Assembly: GCF_004365815.1 (NCBI RefSeq)
Contig: NZ_SODD01000054.1
Span: 1-15,033, forward strand
DNA from: Breznakia blatticola
Lineage (GTDB): Bacteria > Bacillota_I > Bacilli_A > Erysipelotrichales > Erysipelotrichaceae
DNA length: 15,033 nt
Reading direction: 5' to 3'
This document shows, one piece after another, positions 8,058-15,033 of this stretch. Every line of letters starts with the position of its first letter. Positions within the stretch are counted from its first letter, which is position 1. A model generated the notes under the pieces. The model saw only the letters and a program-made list of their open reading frames with translations. It did not search any database and was not told the origin of the DNA. The position numbers and the translations under genes are program-made.

Positions 8058-9563
8058 ATGAAAAAGAAATTAACATTGTTTGGATTTTTTACTTTGACTG
8101 CATCCATGTTGATGTCTGCAGATGAATATCCGGCTTTTGCTCAATCTGGAATGGTTGCTGTTATTTTTTTAGTAGCGGCAGCTTTTGTTTGGTTTTTGCC
8201 AGTTGCATTATGTTCTGCAGAAATGGCGACCATCGATGGCTGGGAAGAAGGTGGGGTTTTTACTTGGATTAAAAATGCATTAAATGAAAGAATGGGATTT
8301 GTTGCTGTATGTATGCAGTGGCTTCAAAATACCATCAACTTCATTACGATGCTTTACTTTATTATTGGAGCATTATCATTTGCCTTAGACATGCCAAGTT
8401 TAAATACGAATCCAGTATTAAAATATATAATATTCTTACTGATATTTTGGGTGTTAACATTTTCTCAACTTGGAGGAATTTCAAAAACAGATGTTATTGT
8501 TAAAGTGTGTTTTATCGGAGGAATTATTATTCCTTCAGCTATATTTTTAATTCTAGCAGTTACATACTTGGTGCAAGGACATCCATCACAAATTGATTTG
8601 TCACTAGTTACGAACATTGAAAATATTGAACATTCATTTTCAATTAGTAGCTTTGTTCCATTTATTTTAGCTTTTGCTGGAATTGAAGCTAGTGCAAGTT
8701 ATGCAAGCAATATGAAAAATCCAAAACGCGATTATCCAATTGCGATTCTAGCATTAGTTTTCTTTGCAGTTGCTCTAGATGCGTTAGGAGGATTAGCTGT
8801 AGGTATTGTTGTACCTGCTAACGAATTATCTTTAAATAGTGGAGTATTGCAGGCAATTCAAATTGCAATAGAGCAAGTCATTCCAAGTTTATCGTTTTTG
8901 ATTCGAGTTGTTGCATTATTGCTAGTTCTTGGAATGGTTGGAGAAGTTAGTTCATGGGTCGTAGGACCTGTTCGAACATTGTATGCTGTTGCTCAAGACC
9001 AACTATTGCCTCCATATTTTAAAAAAGTGAATAAAAATGGAGTACCTGTTCGACTTGTGATGCTGCAAGGAGGAATTGTAAGTGTTGTAGGTGCAATTCT
9101 TACATTACTGTTTGGTGGAAATAATGGTGCATTTAAAATTGCTATGTCATTAACTGTTATGATGTATATGGTGACATACATTTTATTGTTTGTAAGTTAC
9201 TTGCGTATTATCTTTACCAAAAGAGGAGTACATCGTGACTTTCAAATTCATGGTGGCAAATATATGAAGTTGCTAGTTGGTGGTGTTGGTTTAGCATCAA
9301 CAATTGTTGTATTTATTGCAACTTTCGTACCAAGTGCTGATGTACTTGCCTTAATGAGTGCGAAACAATATGTCATGATCACTACTGGAATGTTTCTTGT
9401 TGTGTTAAGTCTGGTTCTTATTTCGTATCAACACGAAAGCAAACGTGTTGCAAATACGAAGAAAATGACACGAAAGTTAAAACATTATGAAATTAATAAA
9501 TGGATCTTTCCAAAAGCAAGAAGTATCCATCACGTTAAAAAAAATCTAGTTGATGAGAACTAG
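8058..9563 (+). CDS. APC-superfamily amino-acid antiporter, GadC-like (glutamate:GABA antiporter family)
   Basis: 501-aa polytopic protein with RBS AGAGGAG upstream. Long stretches parallel E. coli GadC as I remember it: [54 protein letters not shown]. The C-terminal plug-like tail [10 protein letters not shown] corresponds to GadC HPRARSPHYIV. TATAAT lies at 8035-8040. Confidence 0.9.
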   Translation: MKKKLTLFGFFTLTASMLMSADEYPAFAQSGMVAVIFLVAAAFVWFLPVALCSAEMATIDGWEEGGVFTWIKNALNERMGFVAVCMQWLQNTINFITMLYFIIGALSFALDMPSLNTNPVLKYIIFLLIFWVLTFSQLGGISKTDVIVKVCFIGGIIIPSAIFLILAVTYLVQGHPSQIDLSLVTNIENIEHSFSISSFVPFILAFAGIEASASYASNMKNPKRDYPIAILALVFFAVALDALGGLAVGIVVPANELSLNSGVLQAIQIAIEQVIPSLSFLIRVVALLLVLGMVGEVSSWVVGPVRTLYAVAQDQLLPPYFKKVNKNGVPVRLVMLQGGIVSVVGAILTLLFGGNNGAFKIAMSLTVMMYMVTYILLFVSYLRIIFTKRGVHRDFQIHGGKYMKLLVGGVGLASTIVVFIATFVPSADVLALMSAKQYVMITTGMFLVVLSLVLISYQHESKRVANTKKMTRKLKHYEINKWIFPKARSIHHVKKNLVDEN

Positions 9564-9572
9564 ATTTTTTTT
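9537..9572. terminator. Bidirectional intrinsic terminator embedded in the overlapping 3' ends of two convergent genes
   Basis: The structure is A8 (9537-9544), TCTAGTT (9545-9551), loop GATGAG, AACTAGA (9558-9564), T8 (9565-9572). It is a perfect inverted repeat extendable through the A/T runs. The stem is AT-rich. Confidence 0.6.
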
Positions 9573-9904
9573 ACAAATTCACTTTTTAGCTTCATGATAC
9601 CAAAACCATCAATGCGACATTCAATGTTGTGTCCATCGTTAGCATCAATTAAACGAATGTTTTTTGCTTTGGTTCCCACTTTTAATGCGGAGGAACTTCC
9701 TTTAACTTTTAAGTCTTTGATAATACTGATAGAATCACCAGCTTGTAGTATGTTTCCATTTGCATCTTTGACTTCGTTTTGACTTGCTAGCAGGTCGGTA
9801 TCAGTTTGTGTCCATTCATTGCCACACATTGGGCAAACAAACAGTCCACGGTCCTCATACGTGTAATTCTCATTACAGTTAGGACATGCAGGTATATCGG
9901 CCAT
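9560..9904 (-). CDS. phnA: PhnA/YjdM zinc-ribbon protein
   Basis: 114 aa with RBS AAGGAG 7 nt upstream on the minus strand. The N-terminal zinc ribbon is [25 protein letters not shown]. The C-terminal domain [37 protein letters not shown] is typical of PhnA/YjdM. Confidence 0.92.
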   Translation of the reverse strand: MADIPACPNCNENYTYEDRGLFVCPMCGNEWTQTDTDLLASQNEVKDANGNILQAGDSISIIKDLKVKGSSSALKVGTKAKNIRLIDANDGHNIECRIDGFGIMKLKSEFVKKI

Positions 9905-10081
9905 GTTTTTTCTCCTTTTTTCGTTGAAAGTATATCATATAAATAAGGAAACACCTATATATAAACGACTATTTCTTAAGTGTGTTATATGTTTACATAT
10001 ATGATAAGTTGTTTAAAAAGATATGTTTCATCACTAGCTTGCTATGGTACACTTCTTCTTGTATGAAATTCGGGAGGAACT

Positions 10082-10855
10082 ATGTTTAACGATGGAATTG
10101 AGGCAGTAAGCAAAACTGCAAAAAAGAAAGCGAAACTATTATCGGCAAATCCAGCTGGATACACGGTATCAAGTATGATTGCAGGAATGTTTGTTGGGTT
10201 TGCTGTTTTATTATCTTATACAGTTGGTGGACAACTTGCAGGTTCTGCTTTTACAAAACCAATGATGGGTGCATCCTTTGGAATTGCACTAAGCTTAGTA
10301 ACAATGGCGGGTGGTGAACTATTTACTGGGAATGTGTTAGCGATGGTGATTGGGTGGATACAAAAAACTGTCACAACAAAACAAGTGATTAAAGTGCTCG
10401 TAGCTAGTTTCATTGGTAATTGGATTGGTTCAATTATTCTTGCATTCTTATTTGTTGGTACTGGATTAGATACTGGACCGGTTGGTGAATTCATGGCACA
10501 TGGGGCGATGGATAAAATGCATGGTTCTGCTGTTGAATTACTTTGTAAGGCAATTTTATGTAATACGCTTGTATGTCTAGGTATGTGGTGTTACTACAAG
10601 ATGAAAAGTGAAAGTGGTAAACTAATTATGTTGTTTTGGTGTTTATATGCCTTTATAACAATGGGTTTTCAACACTGTGTAGCTAATATGACACTGCTAA
10701 GTGTATCTTTAATTCATCCTGGTGACGTTCTTGTGAGTATCGAAGGATACTTTTATAACATTGGAATTGTAACGATTGGAAATATAATAGGAGCAATTGT
10801 ATTTGTGGCCTTACCATATTCATTGATTGCGATGAGAAACATTGAAAGTGAGTAA
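10082..10855 (+). CDS. Formate/nitrite transporter (FNT) family channel, substrate not assignable
   Basis: 257-aa membrane protein with RBS GGGAGG upstream. FNT hallmarks are GGELFTGN (pore Thr) and FQHCVANM (central His; Q stands where FocA/NirC have E). I see no pfl, nir or asr genes in the window to suggest the substrate. Confidence 0.9.
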   Translation: MFNDGIEAVSKTAKKKAKLLSANPAGYTVSSMIAGMFVGFAVLLSYTVGGQLAGSAFTKPMMGASFGIALSLVTMAGGELFTGNVLAMVIGWIQKTVTTKQVIKVLVASFIGNWIGSIILAFLFVGTGLDTGPVGEFMAHGAMDKMHGSAVELLCKAILCNTLVCLGMWCYYKMKSESGKLIMLFWCLYAFITMGFQHCVANMTLLSVSLIHPGDVLVSIEGYFYNIGIVTIGNIIGAIVFVALPYSLIAMRNIESE

Positions 10856-10872
10856 ATATGCTCGCTTTTTTT
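10845..10872 (+). terminator. Weak candidate terminator after the FNT gene
   Basis: AAAGTGAG (10845-10852) pairs with CTCGCTTT (10861-10868), including one G-U pair. The loop contains the stop codon. The T7 run spans 10866-10872. The G/C core is short, so confidence is low. Confidence 0.35.
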
Positions 10873-10941
10873 ATAAGATTTTGTTTGGCAACTATAAGAA
10901 CTTCTTTAGTTGTTTTTATTTTATAACTGCGTACAATGATA

Positions 10942-10955
10942 GTGATAAATATCAC
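10942..10955. promoter_or_regulatory. Perfect palindrome GTGATAAATATCAC (GTGA-N6-TCAC), a candidate CRP/FNR-family operator; alternatively a Fur-like box
   Basis: The 14-bp perfect inverted repeat lies between the best -10 candidate (TACAAT 10932-10937; -35 TTGTTT 10910-10915) and the RBS GGAGA (10961-10965) of the ABC operon. That operon ends with a Crp/Fnr regulator gene. The wider segment 10938-10956 matches 13 of 19 positions of the classical Fur box by hand count. Confidence 0.4.
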
Positions 10956-10971
10956 GAAATGGAGAATGTTT

Positions 10972-11910
10972 ATGAAAAAAGTTATTGCTATGTTACTTAC
11001 TTGTTTTATTTTATTTGGTTGTCAAAATGCAACACAAAACAAGGATGAGAAAAATACAGTTGTAAGTGTTACAGACAGCATTGGAAATAAAGTAACGGTT
11101 GCAAAAGATGCAAAGCAAGTTGTTGTACTTGGAAGTTCATGGGTTGATCTTTATAAACTTGCAGGTGGAATGCCTGTAGCAACAACAAGTGATGCAAATC
11201 GTTTTGATTATATTAATGGAAATAAAGATGTCGAAATTGTAGGGGATGTAAAGAAACCAAACTTGGAAAAGATTGTCGCTTTACAACCAGATCTTGTTAT
11301 TTTAGGTGATGATTTAGCTGGACATAAGGCGCTAACAACATCATTAGAGGAAGCAAGTATTCCTGTATTTGTCACAAAAGTGGAAAAGTTTGATGATTAT
11401 CTAAACGTATTAAAAAGTTTTACGATGATTACAGGAGATACAGATGCGTATCAAGAAAAAGGGGTAGCAGTAAAACAAGATATTGATAATTTGCTAGCCC
11501 AAATTCCTACTTCAGAAAAAGAGAAGCAAACTGCTTTATTTATGCGAGGATTTTCAACGAATGTAAAAGCAATTGCAAAAGACCATACAGTTACTGATAT
11601 ATTAGATGTAATCGGAATTGAAAACATTGCGCAAAAAGATGACTTTCCATTAGATACAATATCAATGGAAGCGATATTAAAAGAAGATCCTGATTACATT
11701 TTCTTTACAACTATGGGTGATGAAGCAAAGGCAAAAGCAAACATTAAAAAATCGTTGGAGGATGATCCTGCATGGTCTACATTAACTGCTGTGAAAGAAG
11801 GACATGTATATTATTTAGAAAAAGATTTGTATCATTATAAACCGAATTCACGTTGGGCTGAAGCGTATGAATATATCCTACAAATTGTGTATCCAGATGT
11901 TTTCCAATAA
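10972..11910 (+). CDS. ABC transporter substrate-binding lipoprotein, BtuF/FhuD-type (iron-chelate/cobalamin/heme class)
   Basis: I place the start at ATG 10972 (RBS GGAGA 6 nt upstream). The signal peptide MKKVIAMLLTCFILFGC carries a lipobox-like LFGC. Peripla_BP_2-type motifs are present: VVVLGSSWVDLYKLAGG and KPNLEKIVALQPDLVI. Confidence 0.88.
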   Translation: MKKVIAMLLTCFILFGCQNATQNKDEKNTVVSVTDSIGNKVTVAKDAKQVVVLGSSWVDLYKLAGGMPVATTSDANRFDYINGNKDVEIVGDVKKPNLEKIVALQPDLVILGDDLAGHKALTTSLEEASIPVFVTKVEKFDDYLNVLKSFTMITGDTDAYQEKGVAVKQDIDNLLAQIPTSEKEKQTALFMRGFSTNVKAIAKDHTVTDILDVIGIENIAQKDDFPLDTISMEAILKEDPDYIFFTTMGDEAKAKANIKKSLEDDPAWSTLTAVKEGHVYYLEKDLYHYKPNSRWAEAYEYILQIVYPDVFQ

Positions 11911-12889
11911 GAAATTCAATCGGTTTATAGTGCTAGGATTTCTTGTGCTTATCTTGCTTGTACTAGCAAGCATTTCCTTTGGTTCAAGTGAGACTTCCTT
12001 TCAAGAAGTTTGGGACTATATATTTCACCATACCAATGCAACTGTAGGAAACATATTATGGTATGTACGAATTCCGCGAACTATAGCAACGATTTTATGT
12101 GGAAGTGCACTTGCCGTAGCTGGATTGCTATTTCAGTCTGCATTAAATAATGCATTAGCATCCGCTGGAACGATAGGTGTCAATTCAGGAGCTGGTCTCT
12201 TTGTTGTCTTAGGAGCGATTTTATTTCCTGGAGTTTTTGTAGCTAAATCTATCTTTGCCTTTGCAGGTTCTTTGCTAGCTGCAATTCTTATATTCTTTAT
12301 TGCTAGAAAAAATGTATCAAAATCAACAATCGTAATGGCTGGAGTTGCGATATCTAGTTTGCTAACTGCTTTCAGTGACACCCTAATTACTTTATATCCA
12401 GATACAGTGATGGACAAAAGCACCTTCTTCATTGGTGGTTTTGCACATGTACAAAGTGTAAGTCTACCATTTATTGGATTCGTAGTAATTGTTTGCTTAA
12501 TTGCATCATATGTCTTAGCAACACGGATGAATGTGTTGATGCTAGGTGACGAGATGGCAAATTCATTAGGACTTCCAGTTGTTCGAACTCGTTATATGTT
12601 AATATTCATCGGTGCAATTTTAGCAGCATGTAGTGTTAGTGTTGGTGGAATTCTAAGTTTTGTTGGTTTGCTAGTTCCGCATATGATGCGTTCTCTATTA
12701 GGTAATGATCATCGATACTTACTGCCTGCAACACTACTTGTAGGTGCAATTCTTGTTCTTGGCTGTGATTTGTTAGCACGACTAGTTTTTGCACCATTTG
12801 AAATTCCGGTTGGGATTTTTTTGTCGTTTTTAGGTTCTCCATTTTTCTTGTGGTTAATTTTAAGTCGATGCAAGAGGTTACAAGTATGA
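11897..12889 (+). CDS. FecCD-family ABC transporter permease (BtuC/FhuB-like)
   Basis: Polytopic membrane protein with the family-typical YVRIPRTIATILCGSALAVAGLLFQ and a glycine-rich C-terminal half. Start choice is uncertain. ATG 11897 (MFSNKKFNRF...) overlaps the upstream gene end by 14 nt. The longest ORF starts at 11867. Confidence 0.85.
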   Translation: MFSNKKFNRFIVLGFLVLILLVLASISFGSSETSFQEVWDYIFHHTNATVGNILWYVRIPRTIATILCGSALAVAGLLFQSALNNALASAGTIGVNSGAGLFVVLGAILFPGVFVAKSIFAFAGSLLAAILIFFIARKNVSKSTIVMAGVAISSLLTAFSDTLITLYPDTVMDKSTFFIGGFAHVQSVSLPFIGFVVIVCLIASYVLATRMNVLMLGDEMANSLGLPVVRTRYMLIFIGAILAACSVSVGGILSFVGLLVPHMMRSLLGNDHRYLLPATLLVGAILVLGCDLLARLVFAPFEIPVGIFLSFLGSPFFLWLILSRCKRLQV

Positions 12890-13644
12890 TGAAAGTTTCA
12901 CAACTGAGTGTAGTTTTAGAACATCACCAAATTTTGCATGATATATCTCTTGATATTAGACAAAGTTCATTTACTTGCATTGTTGGGAAAAATGGAAGTG
13001 GAAAAAGTACTTTACTAAAAGCGATGAATCAATATCTTTCCTATACAGGTACAATCATGTTAGAAAGTAAAGATATTACACAAATATCAAAAGAAGAACG
13101 CGCGCGTATGATGTGTTATTTACCGCAACAAAGAAGTATACCAGACATGAATGTAGAACAACTGATATCACATGGTCGCTATCCACATCTAGGATTTTCA
13201 AAGACACTACAACCACAAGATATAAAGCTAATTCAACAAGCTGCTAAAAAAGCTGAAGTAGAAAACTTACTACATAGAAATTTGACTTCACTGTCTGGTG
13301 GGGAAAGACAACGTGCATATATTGCAATGATGATTGCACAAGATACTGACTATATTTTATTAGATGAGCCAACAACGTTTTTAGATGTAGAATATCAACT
13401 GGATATTATGGATTTACTTCATAAGTTAAATAGACAAGGAAAAACAATTATTATGGTTGCTCATGATTTACCACAAGCCTTTTCCTATGCTTCTGATATC
13501 GTTTTAATGGACCAAGGACGTATCATAAGTCACTCAAAACCAGATGAGTTGATTCAAACAGATGAAATATATCACTGCTTTGGTGTTCATGTTCGTTTGT
13601 CACAAAATCCAAATGATTTATATCGATATACATTTGAAAGGTAG
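12886..13644 (+). CDS. ABC transporter ATP-binding protein (FepC/BtuD-like)
   Basis: Start ATG 12886 forms an ATGA overlap with the permease stop (12887-12889), and RBS AGAGG lies 8 nt upstream. Walker A is GKNGSGKST, the signature is LSGGERQRAYIA, Walker B is ILLDEPTTFLD and the H-loop is VAHDL. Confidence 0.92.
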   Translation: MMKVSQLSVVLEHHQILHDISLDIRQSSFTCIVGKNGSGKSTLLKAMNQYLSYTGTIMLESKDITQISKEERARMMCYLPQQRSIPDMNVEQLISHGRYPHLGFSKTLQPQDIKLIQQAAKKAEVENLLHRNLTSLSGGERQRAYIAMMIAQDTDYILLDEPTTFLDVEYQLDIMDLLHKLNRQGKTIIMVAHDLPQAFSYASDIVLMDQGRIISHSKPDELIQTDEIYHCFGVHVRLSQNPNDLYRYTFER

Positions 13645-13647
13645 ACT

Positions 13648-14328
13648 ATGGCTATAAGTACTGATTCTTCCATCACTTTGTTTGATGGTATTAAAGCAGA
13701 TTCGTATAAAAAAATAGAAGAATCTGCAAAAGTATGTATAGTAAAAAAAGGAACATGCTTATACAACGAGCATCAAGAAGTGGATGATTTATATATTTTG
13801 CTAGAAGGTGCAGCTATTGCATACAAGAAAACAAATGATTTAGAGCGTCGCATTTTATTTATTCATCGTAAAGGTGAAATTATGAATGAGGAAATCTTAG
13901 ATGGACAAAAAAGTAGTAGTTCAACGCAATGCATTACAGATGTGCGTTTGTTAGTTATTTCGTGTGAGAGTTTTAAACAAGTATATATGCATGATGAAGT
14001 TTTATTAAATCATGTAATGGAACATATGAGTTTACGTATTCGACGGATGTATCATATGAGTAAAAATGCAACAAATGTATTACGACTGGATAAGAAAATG
14101 GCTGCAAGATTATGGAAGCTTGCCAAGGATTTTGGAAAGGATACATCAGAAGGTCGAGAGATTGATTTTCCATTATCGATTACTCTGCTTTCTGAATTTG
14201 TTGGTAGTACACGTGAAAGTGTATCTAGACAAGTTAAAGTATTACAGGATGCTGGTTATTTAATAATGAAGAAGAAGCGATTCATTATTTGTGATATGAA
14301 TCGAATATGTGCATACGCACAAAGCTAA
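13648..14328 (+). CDS. Crp/Fnr family transcriptional regulator (cNMP-binding-like effector domain + C-terminal HTH)
   Basis: 226 aa, starting 3 nt after the ATPase stop, with RBS GAAAGG upstream. The N-terminal beta-barrel pattern is LYILLEGAAIAY...RRILFIHRKGEIMNE. The C-terminal HTH is SITLLSEFVGSTRESVSRQVKVLQDAGYL. There is no N-terminal Cys cluster, so it is not an FNR-type [4Fe-4S] oxygen sensor. Confidence 0.9.
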   Translation: MAISTDSSITLFDGIKADSYKKIEESAKVCIVKKGTCLYNEHQEVDDLYILLEGAAIAYKKTNDLERRILFIHRKGEIMNEEILDGQKSSSSTQCITDVRLLVISCESFKQVYMHDEVLLNHVMEHMSLRIRRMYHMSKNATNVLRLDKKMAARLWKLAKDFGKDTSEGREIDFPLSITLLSEFVGSTRESVSRQVKVLQDAGYLIMKKKRFIICDMNRICAYAQS

Positions 14329-14330
14329 TA

Positions 14331-14378
14331 AAAAAGGACGATGTATATGAAATTCATTCATATGACATTGTCCTTTTT
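14331..14378. terminator. Bidirectional rho-independent terminator between convergent genes
   Basis: A5 (14331-14335) precedes GGACGATGT (14336-14344), which pairs with ACATTGTCC (14365-14373), 9 bp with one G-U pair. An inner helix ATATGA (14345-14350) / TCATAT (14358-14363) adds to the hairpin, and T5 (14374-14378) follows. It abuts the stop codons of both flanking genes. Confidence 0.75.
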
Positions 14379-14892
14379 AGAATGTTGATCGATTTGCACA
14401 ATAATATTGATATACGGTTGCACAAACTTCGCAGTCAGCAACGGCCCTATGACTTATCGCGACAAGTCCAAAAAACTCTTTTAACGTACTAAGTTGGTGA
14501 TTTCCACAAATTGACTTAGGGATTACACGTCTAGCCAAAGTCACTGTGTCAATAACAGGATTCGTTAATGAAGGAAGATTTGCAGCAGTGCACTCTGCAT
14601 CCATCATACCAATATCAAATGCAGCATTGTGTGCAACAAGTGGTAAGTCTTCAATAAAAGTTAGAAAGTGTTCATAAACTTCATGGAATAAGGGAGCATC
14701 AGCAACATCTTGATTCGTGATTCCAGTAAGATTGGTAATAAATGAAGGGATGTGTACCATTGGGTCAATAAAACACTGAAACTCATCAACCATCTCATGA
14801 TTTCGATACTTGATTGCACCAATCTCAATGATTTTTGAGGATGAACTTGTTCCTGTTGTTTCTGTATCAAATACGATATAATCACTTGGCAT
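14377..14892 (-). CDS. Stand-alone DEDDh 3'-5' exonuclease (DnaQ/epsilon-like domain protein)
   Basis: 171 aa. Exo I is IVFDTETTG, Exo II is VAHNAAFDIGMM and Exo III is HRAVADCEV. An in-frame TGA lies 21 codons upstream of the ATG. No Shine-Dalgarno is visible within 5-12 nt of the start. Confidence 0.85.
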   Translation of the reverse strand: MPSDYIVFDTETTGTSSSSKIIEIGAIKYRNHEMVDEFQCFIDPMVHIPSFITNLTGITNQDVADAPLFHEVYEHFLTFIEDLPLVAHNAAFDIGMMDAECTAANLPSLTNPVIDTVTLARRVIPKSICGNHQLSTLKEFFGLVAISHRAVADCEVCATVYQYYCANRSTF

Positions 14893-15033
14893 ATCAGCGT
14901 TAAATGATTCCTGGTACTTTAATGTTTGATATAAACTTTTTGGCTTAATTCAACCAGTGCATACCAAGTCTCGATAAATCACTGATAAGTACTGAATAAT
15001 TTATGTGTCTTTAAAGCATTTCTTGTGATGGTA

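Noticed and set aside
9987-10000. Inverted repeat ATATGT-TT-ACATAT in the phnA/FNT divergent intergenic region
   Set aside because: It is a pure A/T-rich short palindrome in a TATA-rich region, which is expected by chance at this base composition. No cognate regulator or second copy was seen.
10936-10971. Upstream start (MIVINITKWRMF) of the BtuF-like lipoprotein ORF, and the analogous 12850-12885 extension of the ATPase ORF
   Set aside because: ATG 10972 has an RBS and starts the signal peptide. The extension would cover the palindromic operator and the -10 region. For the ATPase, ATG 12886 has an AGAGG RBS and an ATGA stop/start overlap, and it removes a non-homologous N-terminal stretch.
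10856-10971. Looked for a cobalamin riboswitch upstream of the BtuF/FecCD-type operon
   Set aside because: The region is only 116 nt and I saw no B12-box-like or other conserved cobalamin-riboswitch elements. Only the palindrome and promoter-like hexamers are present.
1040-14885. Short ORFs from the six-frame track nested inside or antisense to larger genes (1040-1264, 1106-1390, 3417-3599, 4113-4346, 4144-4350, 4429-4653, 4470-4664, 5615-5797, 6168-6362, 6304-6522, 8309-8503, 8993-9181, 9594-9782, 10216-10494, 10683-10955, 10842-11048, 12133-12432, 12636-12842, 13973-14173, 14066-14263, 14307-14492, 14661-14885)
   Set aside because: All overlap CDSs with strong family signatures, lack convincing RBSs, and have low-complexity or hydrophobic junk-like translations typical of AT-rich antisense frames.
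15001-15033. Possible 3' end of a minus-strand gene running in from the right edge (…YHHKKCFKDT*)
   Set aside because: Only 10 codons are visible and another frame is equally open, so it cannot be supported.
1-15033. Defence island, prophage or other mobile element spanning the window
   Set aside because: I recognised no integrase, transposase, recombinase, terminal repeats, tRNA attachment site, toxin-antitoxin pair or known defence gene. By eye the base composition looks uniformly AT-rich, with no obvious compositional break.

Overview
AT-rich, Firmicutes-like chromosomal segment with 14 well-supported protein genes, about half of them transporters. I see no rRNA, tRNA, CRISPR array, integrase, transposase or phage genes. 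Left to right: a DUF2130-type Zn-knuckle/coiled-coil/PD-(D/E)xK nuclease-like gene (-), a MATE efflux pump, and a small acidic UPF0158-like gene. Next is a two-gene unit encoding a SWIM zinc-finger protein and a flavin-reductase-like protein. A lysine (L-box) riboswitch then drives a fused binding-protein/permease plus ATPase amino-acid ABC importer. After that come a GadC-like APC antiporter, phnA/yjdM (-) and an FNT-family channel. The last operon has four genes: a BtuF/FhuD-type lipoprotein, a FecCD permease, an ATPase and a Crp/Fnr regulator, preceded by a GTGA-N6-TCAC palindrome. A stand-alone DEDDh (DnaQ-like) exonuclease (-) closes the window. Three longest-ORF starts in the supplied track (5515, 10936, 12850) look like artefacts and are re-called. 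Most of the window is ordinary transport and housekeeping. The parts least explained by known biology are the DUF2130 nuclease-like gene, the UPF0158-like/SWIM/flavin-reductase cluster, and the Crp-family regulator built into a metal/cofactor-type ABC operon. I found no convincing evidence of a defence island or mobile element. All family calls rest on motif recognition by eye and need HMM/CM confirmation.
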